IMG/VR virus record: IMGVR_UViG_3300027513_000014
Span: 51 to 64,050 of that record
Length of the DNA stretch: 64,000 nt
Strand: one strand, 5' to 3'
Source of the DNA: a virus
In this document: one piece after another, positions 9,453 through 20,374 of the stretch
Layout: each line of letters starts with the position of its first letter
Position numbering within the stretch: position 1 is the stretch's first letter
Made by a program: the position numbers and the translations under genes
The notes under the pieces: model-generated
Databases searched by the model: none
The model's input: only the letters and a program-made list of their open reading frames with translations
Told to the model about the DNA's origin: nothing

Positions 9453-10898
9453 TTAGGTCCACCCGGCAGCGCTCATAGGGGGCTGCGGCTTGGGGTTCTG
9501 CATGTGGCGCATCACCATGCCCATCATTCCGTGACTACCCGCGTGCGTGGTCAGGCACACATATTGCAGTGCATCTGCCACATGCGAGTATTCGTTCTTG
9601 TCGGGGCTGGGCTTGCGCTGGCCCTGTTTTGTCTTCCCGTATCTGTAGCCGCCGCCCATGGCGCGTACAAGTGTCGGGCAGCGCCCCTTGTCGAAGACTA
9701 TCGCTGGGCCTCCATCTCTTTGGCTAAGCAGAAGCGCCTCGACTGCCCTGATCCGTGGGTCGATATCATTAGTGGGTGCAGGGAAACAGGCAAAACCAAA
9801 ACGCTTCAGCACGTCAAAGGAGTTCTCCTCGTAGATGCTATCCTTGCTCTTGCCTGCCGGGTCGCCCACTAGCGCTATCTTCTTGCCCATGTAGCGAAAA
9901 TCACCCATTCGGGGGCGCAGGCTTCTTTGTATGTGAAGCTCTAGCCCGGTGTCTTCCGCTGGGACTTCTTCCAGGATTAGCAACCTGCCTTTATGGTCCA
10001 TCTGGCAGATCACCGACCACGGATCGCGCCCAAAGTCTTGTCCCACCAGGATAGGATGCCCTTGCACAGGTTCGAGATTTTCAACGCAATGGAACGCCGA
10101 CTTGAAACTATCGTGGAAGACGGCTGTTCCTGAGGGATCGTCTCCAAATTCTGCGTGGACATATCGTTTGCACCACGATTCGCTGTTGGATCGGATGAAT
10201 CGTTCATAGTAGGTTCGTCCTTGTGCCAGTCTGCGGGGGTCATTTTCGGGTAACTTAAGAGTTTCCGGCGTCTGGTGTAGCCATTGAAGGTTTTCAGCAT
10301 CTGGGCTCATACCCCCTGGTTGGCGGAAAATCTGCGTGTCAGGCCCTGGAGTGGTCATGATCTCGTACCAGGGGGAGTTTTCACTGGGTAGGTTAGTATC
10401 AGCTACCCAGCCAAACCACGTTGCGCCGCCCATCTGTGCCGACGGGAATCTCCCGCAGCGGCCCGAGATAGGTGAGATCAAATCCGGGTCGACTTCGATA
10501 GCTTCCGAAATCCACGCGCCGGTGAGCTGCATGGAGAGGAGCCGTCTCTGATCCTCAGCATCTTCCAGCGGGATGAAAATCCACTCACTGTTTATGTCAC
10601 CTACCTTGATATAGAGAGTGCTGGTGGACACCTTCCACTCTGCTATCTCTCTGAACCACGCAATAGTATCCTTAAGAATAGTGTCCCGCATTTGTTGAAG
10701 AGTATTTCTAACTATAGCGAACCTTGTGTAACGTATACCATCGGGTGCAGGTTGTTGTTCTGCTGCGCGCCTGAATAGCTCAAATATTATAGCAGTAGTC
10801 TTGCCGGACCCTACTGGTCCGGCGATGATCCGCCCGAACGCATTGCTGCGCATAAACTGCTTACATGTGGGAGGCGGCGTATAGTCGATTTGGGTCAT
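9453..10898 (-). CDS. terL: Terminase large subunit
   Basis: Walker A GPVGSGKTT, Walker B AWISE, nuclease motifs VGQDFG and SHVADALQY. Confidence 0.92.
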   Translation of the reverse strand: MTQIDYTPPPTCKQFMRSNAFGRIIAGPVGSGKTTAIIFELFRRAAEQQPAPDGIRYTRFAIVRNTLQQMRDTILKDTIAWFREIAEWKVSTSTLYIKVGDINSEWIFIPLEDAEDQRRLLSMQLTGAWISEAIEVDPDLISPISGRCGRFPSAQMGGATWFGWVADTNLPSENSPWYEIMTTPGPDTQIFRQPGGMSPDAENLQWLHQTPETLKLPENDPRRLAQGRTYYERFIRSNSESWCKRYVHAEFGDDPSGTAVFHDSFKSAFHCVENLEPVQGHPILVGQDFGRDPWSVICQMDHKGRLLILEEVPAEDTGLELHIQRSLRPRMGDFRYMGKKIALVGDPAGKSKDSIYEENSFDVLKRFGFACFPAPTNDIDPRIRAVEALLLSQRDGGPAIVFDKGRCPTLVRAMGGGYRYGKTKQGQRKPSPDKNEYSHVADALQYVCLTTHAGSHGMMGMVMRHMQNPKPQPPMSAAGWT

Positions 10899-11347
10899 GT
10901 GGTGTGCTCGATTACCTTTTCCGGTAATAACACTTCCTTTGAGAATGACAGGGGGGCCGAGCCGCCGAGGTTAATTGTAACGTGGAACCCACTGCCCGCG
11001 CTAGTTACCGACTCGGGTTTGTTTATTCCGGATATGTTGGAAACCAGCTTGGCAAGCTCGACCTTGGAGTTGAGCGTTTCGTTGGGATCGTGTAGTCTTG
11101 TGTTCGCCTCGGGAAGCCAGTGCTCGACAATGGCTCCAGCCTTGAGCCTTGTACGCTCAGTGGTGTTCTGGGCGCTTTGCCATGCAATGATTTCGTTTTC
11201 AAGAAGCGCTTGAAACCGTTTGGAGTGCTGGATGATGCGCCATTCATCCTCGCTGAGTTTATAAATTTCCTGGATGGCTTCGGCATCCAGGTGATCAATG
11301 GCGATTTCACGCGCTAGCTGAACAAGCGTGTTGTCTCGAAGCTGCAT
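10895..11347 (-). CDS. Probable terminase small subunit
   Basis: Overlaps the terL start by 4 nt; typical size and helical content. Confidence 0.6.
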   Translation of the reverse strand: MQLRDNTLVQLAREIAIDHLDAEAIQEIYKLSEDEWRIIQHSKRFQALLENEIIAWQSAQNTTERTRLKAGAIVEHWLPEANTRLHDPNETLNSKVELAKLVSNISGINKPESVTSAGSGFHVTINLGGSAPLSFSKEVLLPEKVIEHTT

Positions 11348-11441
11348 GGCCTGCTCCAGGGTTACAACATAGTTACTAACAAAGCCGTTGCATAATAAGC
11401 AGAATCAAAGTATTTAGCAATTATTATTCAAGGTTTATACC

Positions 11442-13676
11442 ATGGCTGATACGTTGCCGATGCGCGGCGTCCTTCGTGTCGTCCCCCCGGCTCAATTAGA
11501 GCAAGCATTGCAGGCTGAGGCAGAAGCAAAGGTAGCTGCTGCGCAAGCCAGTCAGTCCCAACCGCAACTAACCCAGCTGGCTGGCTATGTAAGAAATCAG
11601 TTCGACATGATGCAGCGGCATAGAAACGACGCCGCTGCAGGGTGGACCGAGCGCATGCTTAGCGCGTTGCGCACGTTCAATGGTATTTACGATAATACCA
11701 AGATGATGCAGATACGCCAGTTTGGCGGGTCTGAGGTCTACGCGCGCATAGTCGCGATGAAATGCCGTGGCGCAAATAGCCTTCTCAGGGATGTTTATCT
11801 TGCCCCCGATCGACCGTGGGCGATCCAGGCACCAGCCGATCCCGACGTGCCGCAGGAAGTCATAAACACTATCCTCCAGCTAGTACAACAGGAGTTGATA
11901 AGTTTTCAGGTGCTGGCTGAGCAGGCGGCTATGCAGGCTCAGCAGCCGCAGCCTGCCATGCAGGTTGGTGCGCCTAATCCCGGGCCAGGTAATCCTACCG
12001 GAGTGAATAGTGGCGGGGCTGGCGGCGCAGTATCCCCCAATCCTCAAGCTCCACCAGCTCCACCTCCTCCTGACGCGGGCATGATCCGTGATAGGGTCAA
12101 CCATCTGATGGAAGCGGCGCGAAACGCTGAGAAGAAGAACGCGCGCAAGCGTGCAGGGCTTGCACAGGATAAAATAGAGGAAATACTTGAAACGGGTGGA
12201 TTCTACAAAGCGCTGTCTGAAGTTTTGCAGGATGTCCCCCTTTTCCCCTATGCGTGCATGAAGGGGCCAATCGTAAGGATAGTCCCCGATGTCGTGTGGA
12301 ACGGGAACACTCCTGAAGTAACTCAGAAACCCAGGTTGTTCTGGGAGAGAATCAGTCCCTTCGATGTTTATTGGACGCCCGGTGTTGCGGATATCGAGCA
12401 AGCCAACGTCATTGAGAGAGTCCGATTTACTCGCGGCGAACTGAACGATCTGCTGGACCTTCCGGGATATGACCACGAGGCTGTCAGGAGAGTATTGGAT
12501 AACTATGGCAGGGGCGGGCTGGCGAGTAATTGGGACACGTCAGATTCAGAACGTGCGGTCTATGAGCGCCGGGAGAACCCGCAGACCAATGCGTCAGGGA
12601 TGATCGACGGTCTTGAGTTCCACGGCAATGTGCAGGGGCAGTTGCTGTTGGACCAGGGTATGGACCCAGGCCAGATACCCGATCCTCTTAGAGACTACAT
12701 GGTGCAGCTATGGCTGATTGGAGAGTATGTCGTAAAAGTGCAGGTTGTGCCGAGTCCACGCAAGCGCCATCCCTATTTCATTACCAGCTTCGAGAAAGTC
12801 CCTGGGACACCGGTTGGCAACGGGTTGCCAGATATTCTTTCTGACATACAGGAAGTCGCGAATGCCACACTTCGAGCGCTGGTCAACAACTTGAGCATTG
12901 CTTCTGGTCCACAGGTCGATATCAACGTGGACAGGCTGGCTCCCGGCGCGAATCCAAATGAGCTGTTCCCATGGAAGCGCTGGCACACGTTGTCAGACCC
13001 CATGTCGAACAATTCCCAGCCTGCGGTGAGGTTCTTCCAGCCAAACTCTAACGCGCAGGAGCTGCTGGTAGTCTACAAGGAGTTGAACATCATTGCTGAC
13101 GATATATCCGCTATTCCTAAATATATGTCAGGATCGGGGGCTACTGGAGGTGCCGGTCGAACAGCTTCCGGCCTTGCTATGCTCATGGGGAACGCCTCCA
13201 AGATATTGCAGACGGTGGCTGCTAACATCGACCGAGACATCATGTTCCCTGCCCTCCAACAGCTTTTTGACATGCTCATGCTCACTGACCAGACCGGGGT
13301 TCTCAGAGGGGACGAAAGCATTAGGGTGATGGGCGTGAATGTCGCTATTCAGCGCGAGACTCAGCGTGCCCGCCAGCTTGAGTTCCTTTCTATCACCGCG
13401 AACCCGCTGGATGCGCAGATCACCGGAACACAGGGACGCGCCAAGATTCTTCGTGCGGTATCTAACACGATCGGGTTGGACGGCGAGGACATCATACCGC
13501 CAGAAGACGAGCTTGCGCAAATTGAGCAACAGCAGAAAATGCTCATGGCTCAGCAAGCTGCTGAGGCGCAGGGATCAAAACCAGGTGACACGTCAACGGG
13601 GGACATGGGTCCACGAACTAATATTTCTCGTGGTGGCGGTGGCGGTAACGCTCCTGTTGGCGGCGGCGCTGGCTGA
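11442..13676 (+). CDS. Portal protein
   Basis: 744 aa, first gene of the head module; motifs ERISPFDVYWTPG and GNGLPDILSDIQ typical of podovirus portals. Confidence 0.85.
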   Translation: MADTLPMRGVLRVVPPAQLEQALQAEAEAKVAAAQASQSQPQLTQLAGYVRNQFDMMQRHRNDAAAGWTERMLSALRTFNGIYDNTKMMQIRQFGGSEVYARIVAMKCRGANSLLRDVYLAPDRPWAIQAPADPDVPQEVINTILQLVQQELISFQVLAEQAAMQAQQPQPAMQVGAPNPGPGNPTGVNSGGAGGAVSPNPQAPPAPPPPDAGMIRDRVNHLMEAARNAEKKNARKRAGLAQDKIEEILETGGFYKALSEVLQDVPLFPYACMKGPIVRIVPDVVWNGNTPEVTQKPRLFWERISPFDVYWTPGVADIEQANVIERVRFTRGELNDLLDLPGYDHEAVRRVLDNYGRGGLASNWDTSDSERAVYERRENPQTNASGMIDGLEFHGNVQGQLLLDQGMDPGQIPDPLRDYMVQLWLIGEYVVKVQVVPSPRKRHPYFITSFEKVPGTPVGNGLPDILSDIQEVANATLRALVNNLSIASGPQVDINVDRLAPGANPNELFPWKRWHTLSDPMSNNSQPAVRFFQPNSNAQELLVVYKELNIIADDISAIPKYMSGSGATGGAGRTASGLAMLMGNASKILQTVAANIDRDIMFPALQQLFDMLMLTDQTGVLRGDESIRVMGVNVAIQRETQRARQLEFLSITANPLDAQITGTQGRAKILRAVSNTIGLDGEDIIPPEDELAQIEQQQKMLMAQQAAEAQGSKPGDTSTGDMGPRTNISRGGGGGNAPVGGGAG

Positions 13677-13710
13677 ACTGATTCTATGGGTTACCAACTA
13701 TTGGAGGTAA

Positions 13711-13911
13711 GTGATGGCTACTGTAAAATCCAAGTCTTCCCCCGCTTATGCAACGGGGGGCAATGGCAAGATGGTTGGTAAAACCGGTGCTTCGCCGCAA
13801 AAGCCGGGAACGACTTCCGGGGCGTCCCATGGTTCCATGGGTGGGAAGGCCAAGGGGGGTTCCGGGCATATGGTTGGCAAGCAGACATCCGGACACTGCA
13901 AGCCGCTTTAA
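13711..13911 (+). CDS. Small Gly/Lys-rich hypothetical protein
   Basis: GGAGG RBS; 66 aa. Confidence 0.6.
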   Translation: MMATVKSKSSPAYATGGNGKMVGKTGASPQKPGTTSGASHGSMGGKAKGGSGHMVGKQTSGHCKPL

Positions 13912-13912
13912 C

Positions 13913-14152
13913 ATGGCGGTTTTTCACGAGAAACTTTCTCTGGCAGGTGCTGATCTGGCAAGATCGTCACCTGAGTTGTGGAGAAAGTTTCTGGAAGCGT
14001 TTGAAGTTTATGCTGATCAGACGATGGACCTCTTAGTCCAGTCTCCTGTCGATGCCCTTCAGGTGCGTCAAGGACATGCGCAACAAGCTGCCCATATCCT
14101 GAAGACCCTCCAGAACTGCGTGGCGACAGCAGATAAGCTTAAAGGCAAGTAG
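13913..14152 (+). CDS. Hypothetical head-module protein
   Basis: ORF track 13748..14152; probable start MAVFHEKL at 13913. Confidence 0.6.
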   Translation: MAVFHEKLSLAGADLARSSPELWRKFLEAFEVYADQTMDLLVQSPVDALQVRQGHAQQAAHILKTLQNCVATADKLKGK

Positions 14153-14161
14153 GAGGTTGCG

Positions 14162-14437
14162 ATGGTCAAAAAGAAACCCACTGCTGCTCTTCCTACCGGG
14201 AAGGTATTCCTGGATAGTGAACTCCCGCGCGCTGACGCTGATTATGCCCAATACGGGCTTCGTTACGGTATGGGTAAACAGAAGCCTACGTTGGAAAAAA
14301 TAAGGGAAGCCATGGGGGCGAAACCACCCAAAACCCGCAAGGGGACTATACCGTCAGTTTCTGTACAAATACCACCACCATCCAAATCTCGTGGCAAGGC
14401 GATAGAGGGAAGAGTGGTGCGTGGTAAATTAAGGTAA
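14162..14437 (+). CDS. Small basic hypothetical protein
   Basis: AGGAGG RBS; 91 aa. Confidence 0.55.
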   Translation: MVKKKPTAALPTGKVFLDSELPRADADYAQYGLRYGMGKQKPTLEKIREAMGAKPPKTRKGTIPSVSVQIPPPSKSRGKAIEGRVVRGKLR

Positions 14438-14448
14438 AGGTTACTAAA

Positions 14449-15573
14449 ATGGCGACTACCCCCGAGGATCGGCGCGATCCCAATGCAAACGTTCCAGAAT
14501 CAGTTAGGGCTGCTGCCGCCAAGGCGGAAGCTCTACACCGAGCGGTCTACCCAGAGGCGGATACTGGTCAGCCTCCAGCCGATCAGCCCTCTAACGCGGA
14601 AGCAGAGGGTGCACCGCCAGCAGGGGTTTCGGCTTCAGCTCCCATCTCGGCTTCAGCTCCCATCTCTGCTGAAGCCCCTGCGTCCCATCCTGATGGGCCG
14701 GTTGATTGGGAGCATCGTTACACCTCTATGAAGGGCCGTCACGATAAGGCCCAAGACAGCATCAAGCAAATGTCGGAACAGATAACCAACCTCCAAAATG
14801 TGTTGGCTACTGTTAGCTCTATGCCTCAGGGGCCGTCTCAGGTCCCATACGAGTTACGTGCTGAGAGTCTTCTTTCAGCCGACGAAGTAAACGATTACGG
14901 GGCTGAATTTCTCGATGTTGTCGGCAAGAAAGCGCGTGAAGCAACGTCCTCGATGGTTCAAGGGCTTCAGGGTGAGATACAGGACCTTAAGCGTCAGTTA
15001 GGCTATGTAGGGGGTAGTATAGCTCAAAATGCGCGCGAGCAGATGTTTGGCGCATTGGATCAGTATTTGCCTGCTTGGCGTGAGATAAATCAGGACCCGA
15101 AATTTTTTGCATGGTTGGCCTTGCCAGATACTTATTCTGGTGCTATACGCCATAATCTGTTGAAAGCTGCGTGGGACCGGAATGATACCGCTCGTTCGCT
15201 TGCTTTCTTCCAGGGCTTCCTCGCTGAAGAGGCTGCCGTTGATCCCGCGTATAGGAATTTAGTTCAGCCGAATGGCTCCCAGGCTCCCCAGCAGCCACAT
15301 GGGCAAGATGTTGGGCAGCCACAGCAGCACCAGCCGGATTGGCGAGGTGCAAGGCAAAACGGGGGAGTTCCGCTAGAGTCTTTCGCGGCACCCGGCAGAG
15401 CCAAGGCAGCGGCAGAAATCCCCGCTGAGAAGCCTTTAGTCAGACGATCCGACATCACCAGGTTCTACGCTGACTGTGCTGCGGGCAGATACCGTGGCAA
15501 CGAAGCGGAGAAAACGCGGTTGGAGAGCGTCATCTTCGCCGCCCAGGCTGAAGGTAGGATCGTCAACAGCTAA
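14449..15573 (+). CDS. Probable capsid scaffolding protein
   Basis: Sits just before the capsid gene; coiled-coil after WEHRYTSMKGR. Confidence 0.65.
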   Translation: MATTPEDRRDPNANVPESVRAAAAKAEALHRAVYPEADTGQPPADQPSNAEAEGAPPAGVSASAPISASAPISAEAPASHPDGPVDWEHRYTSMKGRHDKAQDSIKQMSEQITNLQNVLATVSSMPQGPSQVPYELRAESLLSADEVNDYGAEFLDVVGKKAREATSSMVQGLQGEIQDLKRQLGYVGGSIAQNAREQMFGALDQYLPAWREINQDPKFFAWLALPDTYSGAIRHNLLKAAWDRNDTARSLAFFQGFLAEEAAVDPAYRNLVQPNGSQAPQQPHGQDVGQPQQHQPDWRGARQNGGVPLESFAAPGRAKAAAEIPAEKPLVRRSDITRFYADCAAGRYRGNEAEKTRLESVIFAAQAEGRIVNS

Positions 15574-15643
15574 ACTTCTCCGGGCGATCAGTTACCGTTT
15601 CCGGTAACTTCAACTCCCCGGGGGTAACTCTTCGGGGATTAAG

Positions 15644-16660
15644 ATGGCATTTCCACTTTCACCGCAAACTACGTTTGTACCGCCTACTGGCGGTATTGTT
15701 ACTTATCCCGCTGGCAGCACGGCTAATACGTTTGCTGCTACTGGCTTTATCCCGGAGATTTGGTCCGGGAAAATGGTGGAGAAGTTTTATAACTCCACCG
15801 TTCTCGCTGCGATCTCGAACACTGATTACGAGGGCGAGATCAAAGCGTTCGGCGACAAGGTGCATATCCGCACCAAGCCGACGATCACCATTAAGAAATA
15901 TGCTGCTGACGGTTTGCTGGTGCCAGACCGGCCCGCTGGTGGCGAAGTTATTCTGAATATCGATCAGGGTCGGTATTGGAATACGATTCTGGATGATGTG
16001 ATGCGGACGCAGTCTGACATCAATCTTCTCAGCATCTGGGCGGAGGATGCCGCCGAGCAGATGAAGATTACTATCGATACTGATGTGCTGCTGGGTATTC
16101 TTGGGCAGGCGCAGGCGACAACCAATAAGGGAGCTACGGCTGGCGCAGCTTCTGTAAATATCAATCTCGGCATAACCGGCACGCCGTTGGTTCTGGTTGC
16201 TGGCTCTCCAACAGCTGGCCAAGTGGATATTCTCGACGCGATCTTGCGTCTTGGTCAGGTTCTGGACGAGCAGAACATCCCGGAGACTGGTCGCTGGCTG
16301 CTTATCCCTGCGTGGGCGGCTACGCTGATCAAGCGTTCCGAACTGCGTCAGGCTTATTTGTCTGGCGATGCAGTGAGCATGCTCAGGAATGGACGCATCG
16401 GCATGGTTGACCGGTTCACGCTCTATAGCTCAAACCTGCTTCCGAAGGGTGTGATCACTGGCCCACCGGCCCTGGCTGCCGGCGAGACTGTGATGTATGC
16501 GGGTCATGCTCATGGGCTTACATTTGCGTCCCAGATGACGGAGATGGAAGTCATGCGTTCCGAGCACACTTTTGGCGATCTGCAGAGAGGCTTGCAAGTT
16601 TACGGCTATAAGGTCGTGGCCCCTGTGGCAATTGCAGAGGCGATCATCAAGCCGGTGTAG
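15644..16660 (+). CDS. Major capsid protein
   Basis: FIPEIWSGK...ISNTDYEGEI...GDKVHI and RGLQVYGYKV, typical of HK97-fold podovirus coat proteins; synteny. Confidence 0.88.
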   Translation: MAFPLSPQTTFVPPTGGIVTYPAGSTANTFAATGFIPEIWSGKMVEKFYNSTVLAAISNTDYEGEIKAFGDKVHIRTKPTITIKKYAADGLLVPDRPAGGEVILNIDQGRYWNTILDDVMRTQSDINLLSIWAEDAAEQMKITIDTDVLLGILGQAQATTNKGATAGAASVNINLGITGTPLVLVAGSPTAGQVDILDAILRLGQVLDEQNIPETGRWLLIPAWAATLIKRSELRQAYLSGDAVSMLRNGRIGMVDRFTLYSSNLLPKGVITGPPALAAGETVMYAGHAHGLTFASQMTEMEVMRSEHTFGDLQRGLQVYGYKVVAPVAIAEAIIKPV

Positions 16661-16750
16661 GCTTTCTTCTCTGTGGTGCATCCCCCAGCCTTTAATCCTC
16701 CCTGGAGGCTGGGGGCTGTTACCGGAAACGGTAACTCCTAGAGGTTCGGC

Positions 16751-17164
16751 ATGGCAGCGCTTGATACTGTAGGTAAGGTTATAAGTTATGCCAGGGTCCT
16801 CTTGCAGGATACGTTGGAGCCGTATCGCTATCCTGATATGGATTTGGTTACTGCCTTGAACGCGGCTCTTCTGGATGCTCGTCGTCTTCGTCCAGATTTG
16901 TTTCTTTATACACCCACTGACGTGCCCTTTTATACCATCACTGGCATAGCGGGTATCCCTGAGGAGCCTCCTTTTCCTGATCCTGTTTTTAATGAAGTAA
17001 TTGATCTGGATCAACAATATCGCATGGCGTTGGTTTATTTCATCCTCGGGCAGGCACAATTCCGTGATGAGGAGGATGTGCAGGATGCTCGCGCAATGCT
17101 GTTTATGACTAAGTTTACGCAAATGCTTACTGAGTCTCTCCTACCCCAGAGTATCGCCAGATGA
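16751..17164 (+). CDS. Virion structural protein (head-tail adaptor candidate)
   Basis: Follows the capsid gene; 137 aa. Confidence 0.55.
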   Translation: MAALDTVGKVISYARVLLQDTLEPYRYPDMDLVTALNAALLDARRLRPDLFLYTPTDVPFYTITGIAGIPEEPPFPDPVFNEVIDLDQQYRMALVYFILGQAQFRDEEDVQDARAMLFMTKFTQMLTESLLPQSIAR

Positions 17165-17769
17165 GCGCACAGCTTGATCGCTTCATGAACGATGTTCGCA
17201 TGCGCCTTCCGGGCGCTCTTGACGACGCTATCAAGTGGGAGTTGTTTTACGCGCTGGATGAGTTCTGCAAGGAGACGAACGCGTGGCAGGAGAAGCTTAT
17301 TTTATCCGTTACTCCTGATGCATTGGAGTATGAGATTGAGCCTGAGGAGAATCGTGCCCGGATAGTAAGATTGCTATCTGTCACTACGGGAACGGGTGTT
17401 GAGGAGCGTCCGATATATGGCGCTACGTTGCCTGAGCCTGAGCTATTGGTATTTCATCACCAACCAGATACTGCCGATTATAACGTGTTGGTGGCGCTGA
17501 CAGTAGTGGACCCAGTTGATGCGGTTGATACGCTCCCAGACTTTCCTGACTGGTTTTTTGTGAACTACAAACAGGAGATAACCGACGGGGTGTTATCCCG
17601 GATGATGTCACAACCTGCCAAGCCATATTTCTCACGTGATGGGTTTTTGCTTCATGGGAGAAGATTTCGCAATGGCATGTCGCGCGTTCGCATAGCGGTG
17701 GATCACCAGAACGTTTATGGGGGGCAACGCTGGACGTTTCCACGTTTTGCCCAGTGTGACGTACGATGA
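17161..17769 (+). CDS. Tail adaptor / tail tubular A-like protein
   Basis: Synteny and size (202 aa). Confidence 0.5.
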   Translation: MSAQLDRFMNDVRMRLPGALDDAIKWELFYALDEFCKETNAWQEKLILSVTPDALEYEIEPEENRARIVRLLSVTTGTGVEERPIYGATLPEPELLVFHHQPDTADYNVLVALTVVDPVDAVDTLPDFPDWFFVNYKQEITDGVLSRMMSQPAKPYFSRDGFLLHGRRFRNGMSRVRIAVDHQNVYGGQRWTFPRFAQCDVR

Positions 17770-20330
17770 CTATCTGGCGCGGTTCACATTATAATATAAT
17801 TTTTGACCTGGGACAGGAGCTGGGTGGTTCGCCTGTAGACATTACCGGGTGGGGGCTTCGTTCTCAGATACGGGATAAGAACTCCGATAAACAATACATG
17901 ATTGAACTTACTACCGAGAACGGTGGCATAAAAATTATAGATGCGGTTGCTGGTAAGTTTGAGTTGGTAATCACTGCTGAACAAAATGTTGATTTTTCGC
18001 TTGGCAATGTAGTTGGTGATATGTTTCGCACCGACGTATTACCGGGTCCAGAGAGACTATTTGGTTTTCGCGATCGCGTCAGACGACCAGTTACGCGAGA
18101 TGGGGATAGCCAAGTAGATGGTGGCGGCGGTGGCGGTGGCATACAGGGTCCCCCTGGTCCGCAAGGCCCCCCTGGTCCTACTGGTCCTGTTGGTCCGGGA
18201 GGACCAGAAGGTCAGGAAGGGCCAGTAGGCCCTCCAGGACCTGCAGGCGCTACCCCATCGGTCTACAATACGATGGAGATCGCTGCAGTATCTGATCTTT
18301 CCGATATTGATGCGATTGTCACAGGCGGTTTCTCTGTAGCCGGCGACGGCGGTGAGGGCGTTTACTCGGTGCAGGACACCGAGCCAGTAGCTCCTGCCAT
18401 CAGCTTCGAGAACACTCCAACCCCTCCAATTATGGGCAGGTGGATCGTCCTGGCGGGTGACAGGATTAATCTCAAGGCCATGGGCGCTTCGCTGCTCGCT
18501 GCAGATAATCAGACGGATTACCTGCAGGATGCTGTGAACACTCACAAGCCGGTGTTTATCCCTGCCGGCACGGTGACTGTAAGTCAATCAATCCTCTACG
18601 ATACGTATCTCAACATCGAGGGTGTTGGAGCAAATTTCCAAGGCGTACCGGGGATTGGGCCGAGCGTCATCTCCGGCAATATCCCAGAACCGCTCATTCG
18701 GCGCGGGGAAGTGTGGATCAACGATAATTATCCTAGTCCGCCGACTATTGTTGGCAACGCCAGTGCCAGCACCGGCAGCCGCCTCGCGCTGCGTCACCTG
18801 ACGATGCAGAATTTTATGGACAAGGCTCCTGGAATATCCCCTTCGTGCTTACAGGTATACAATAGCGTTAACCCGGTCACGGTTATACAGTGTTTGTTTA
18901 ACTACAGATACCGGGGGGTGGAAATGATCCAGCCCTTTTCCGCGTCAGTGATAGACTGTCGTTTCAATAGCGACTGGGTAAGCAACCATAACGTCTTTAC
19001 CGATGATTATAGGGACGCAGTTGGTCTGCTCGGAATGCAGTTTCGGGCTTGGAATTGTGAGTTTATCGGCGGCGGGACGGGCGTGCGGCTTTGGGGCTCA
19101 TCAAGTTTATATGGCGGACGGATTGAGGTGAACGGCTTGGGCATTCATTTGGGTGACCGGGCAATCAGCAATACCGGTAATAATGGGCCATTTAATTGGC
19201 AGGGTGTTATTGAAGGTGTGACTTTAGAGGCTAATCATGTTGGTATTGACGCAGTGACCTTGTTCGATGCCCGCATTAGCCATTGCAACTTGCAATCTTC
19301 CACGAATGGCCCTGCACGTTTTCATCGTGACCTTCCGTATAGTGGCTTGGGCGATTGGGGGATGACGGTAGTCAACGGCACTCCTGGGTCGATCATCGAA
19401 GGCATTCAGATGAACGGCTCGTTTATGAAATACACCTACGACATCCGGTCGTCGTATTCAGGCACTGTGCGCGCGATTAGCGGGCAGAACACAGTTGTCC
19501 CGACAACGACTGTGGTTAGGCCGATCGGAGTGCATAAGACCAACCTGGTCAGCCGGGACACTACGACGCTGAAAACCCAGAGGAGTTTTTTCGATCAAGA
19601 CCTTTACGATAGAGCGGCAGCGCTGCCGCTCGATAGTGATCGCTTTGTCTCGCACATTCCTAACTTGCGGCTCGCCACGTTGACGCAGCCCGACAATACT
19701 AAGCCGCCTGTTTTCGGGCGCAACCTCGCAGGCACGTTGACGGTAGCGAATGGTGCGACCAGTGCCACCCACACATTCCTGCTGGGGGCTGGTGAGGGCA
19801 CGGCACAGTTCACCGTCGCGCCGAATGCTGTGGCGCTGGTCGGCTCGTCGCTTACGGCGGGGACGTATTACTACGCCACGACGATTGTCGGCCCCCGAGG
19901 TGAAACGGGATGCACTGGGGTCTATGCCAACCCGCCCGTTGCGGGAGGTCTTACCTACAAGTCCGTGGTGATCGCCGCAGATCAAAAGGCGTCCATGGGG
20001 TTCGCCCCGATAACCGCGCCAATGCTGCGCAGGGTCTATCGCGGCACTACGCTGGGCGTGCAGTTCGACGGCTTCTGGGAATTCACAGGAACCACGTTCG
20101 ATGATGACGGCACGCAGGCATTCACCGGATACACGTATCCGCCGGCCTCCGGGGCCAGCGTGATAGTGCCGTCGCACGCGGAGCCGGATACGAATTATTT
20201 CGTCCAAGTGCAGCCCACGTGGGCGACGACGTGGCACGTGAGTGCGAAGTCCACGACTGCTTTCACGATTACCTTTGGCACCGCTGCGCCAAGCGATCAG
20301 ACGGTGGGCTGGCTGATGTATAGGCCCTGA
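17766..20330 (+). CDS. Tail fibre/spike with collagen-like segment and beta-helix
   Basis: [10 protein letters not shown] repeats; pectate-lyase-like region after [11 protein letters not shown]. Confidence 0.75.
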   Translation: MTIWRGSHYNIIFDLGQELGGSPVDITGWGLRSQIRDKNSDKQYMIELTTENGGIKIIDAVAGKFELVITAEQNVDFSLGNVVGDMFRTDVLPGPERLFGFRDRVRRPVTRDGDSQVDGGGGGGGIQGPPGPQGPPGPTGPVGPGGPEGQEGPVGPPGPAGATPSVYNTMEIAAVSDLSDIDAIVTGGFSVAGDGGEGVYSVQDTEPVAPAISFENTPTPPIMGRWIVLAGDRINLKAMGASLLAADNQTDYLQDAVNTHKPVFIPAGTVTVSQSILYDTYLNIEGVGANFQGVPGIGPSVISGNIPEPLIRRGEVWINDNYPSPPTIVGNASASTGSRLALRHLTMQNFMDKAPGISPSCLQVYNSVNPVTVIQCLFNYRYRGVEMIQPFSASVIDCRFNSDWVSNHNVFTDDYRDAVGLLGMQFRAWNCEFIGGGTGVRLWGSSSLYGGRIEVNGLGIHLGDRAISNTGNNGPFNWQGVIEGVTLEANHVGIDAVTLFDARISHCNLQSSTNGPARFHRDLPYSGLGDWGMTVVNGTPGSIIEGIQMNGSFMKYTYDIRSSYSGTVRAISGQNTVVPTTTVVRPIGVHKTNLVSRDTTTLKTQRSFFDQDLYDRAAALPLDSDRFVSHIPNLRLATLTQPDNTKPPVFGRNLAGTLTVANGATSATHTFLLGAGEGTAQFTVAPNAVALVGSSLTAGTYYYATTIVGPRGETGCTGVYANPPVAGGLTYKSVVIAADQKASMGFAPITAPMLRRVYRGTTLGVQFDGFWEFTGTTFDDDGTQAFTGYTYPPASGASVIVPSHAEPDTNYFVQVQPTWATTWHVSAKSTTAFTITFGTAAPSDQTVGWLMYRP

Positions 20331-20374
20331 TATATGTTACTTTTTCCGGTAACAATTTAGGAGGCTGGTTACCC

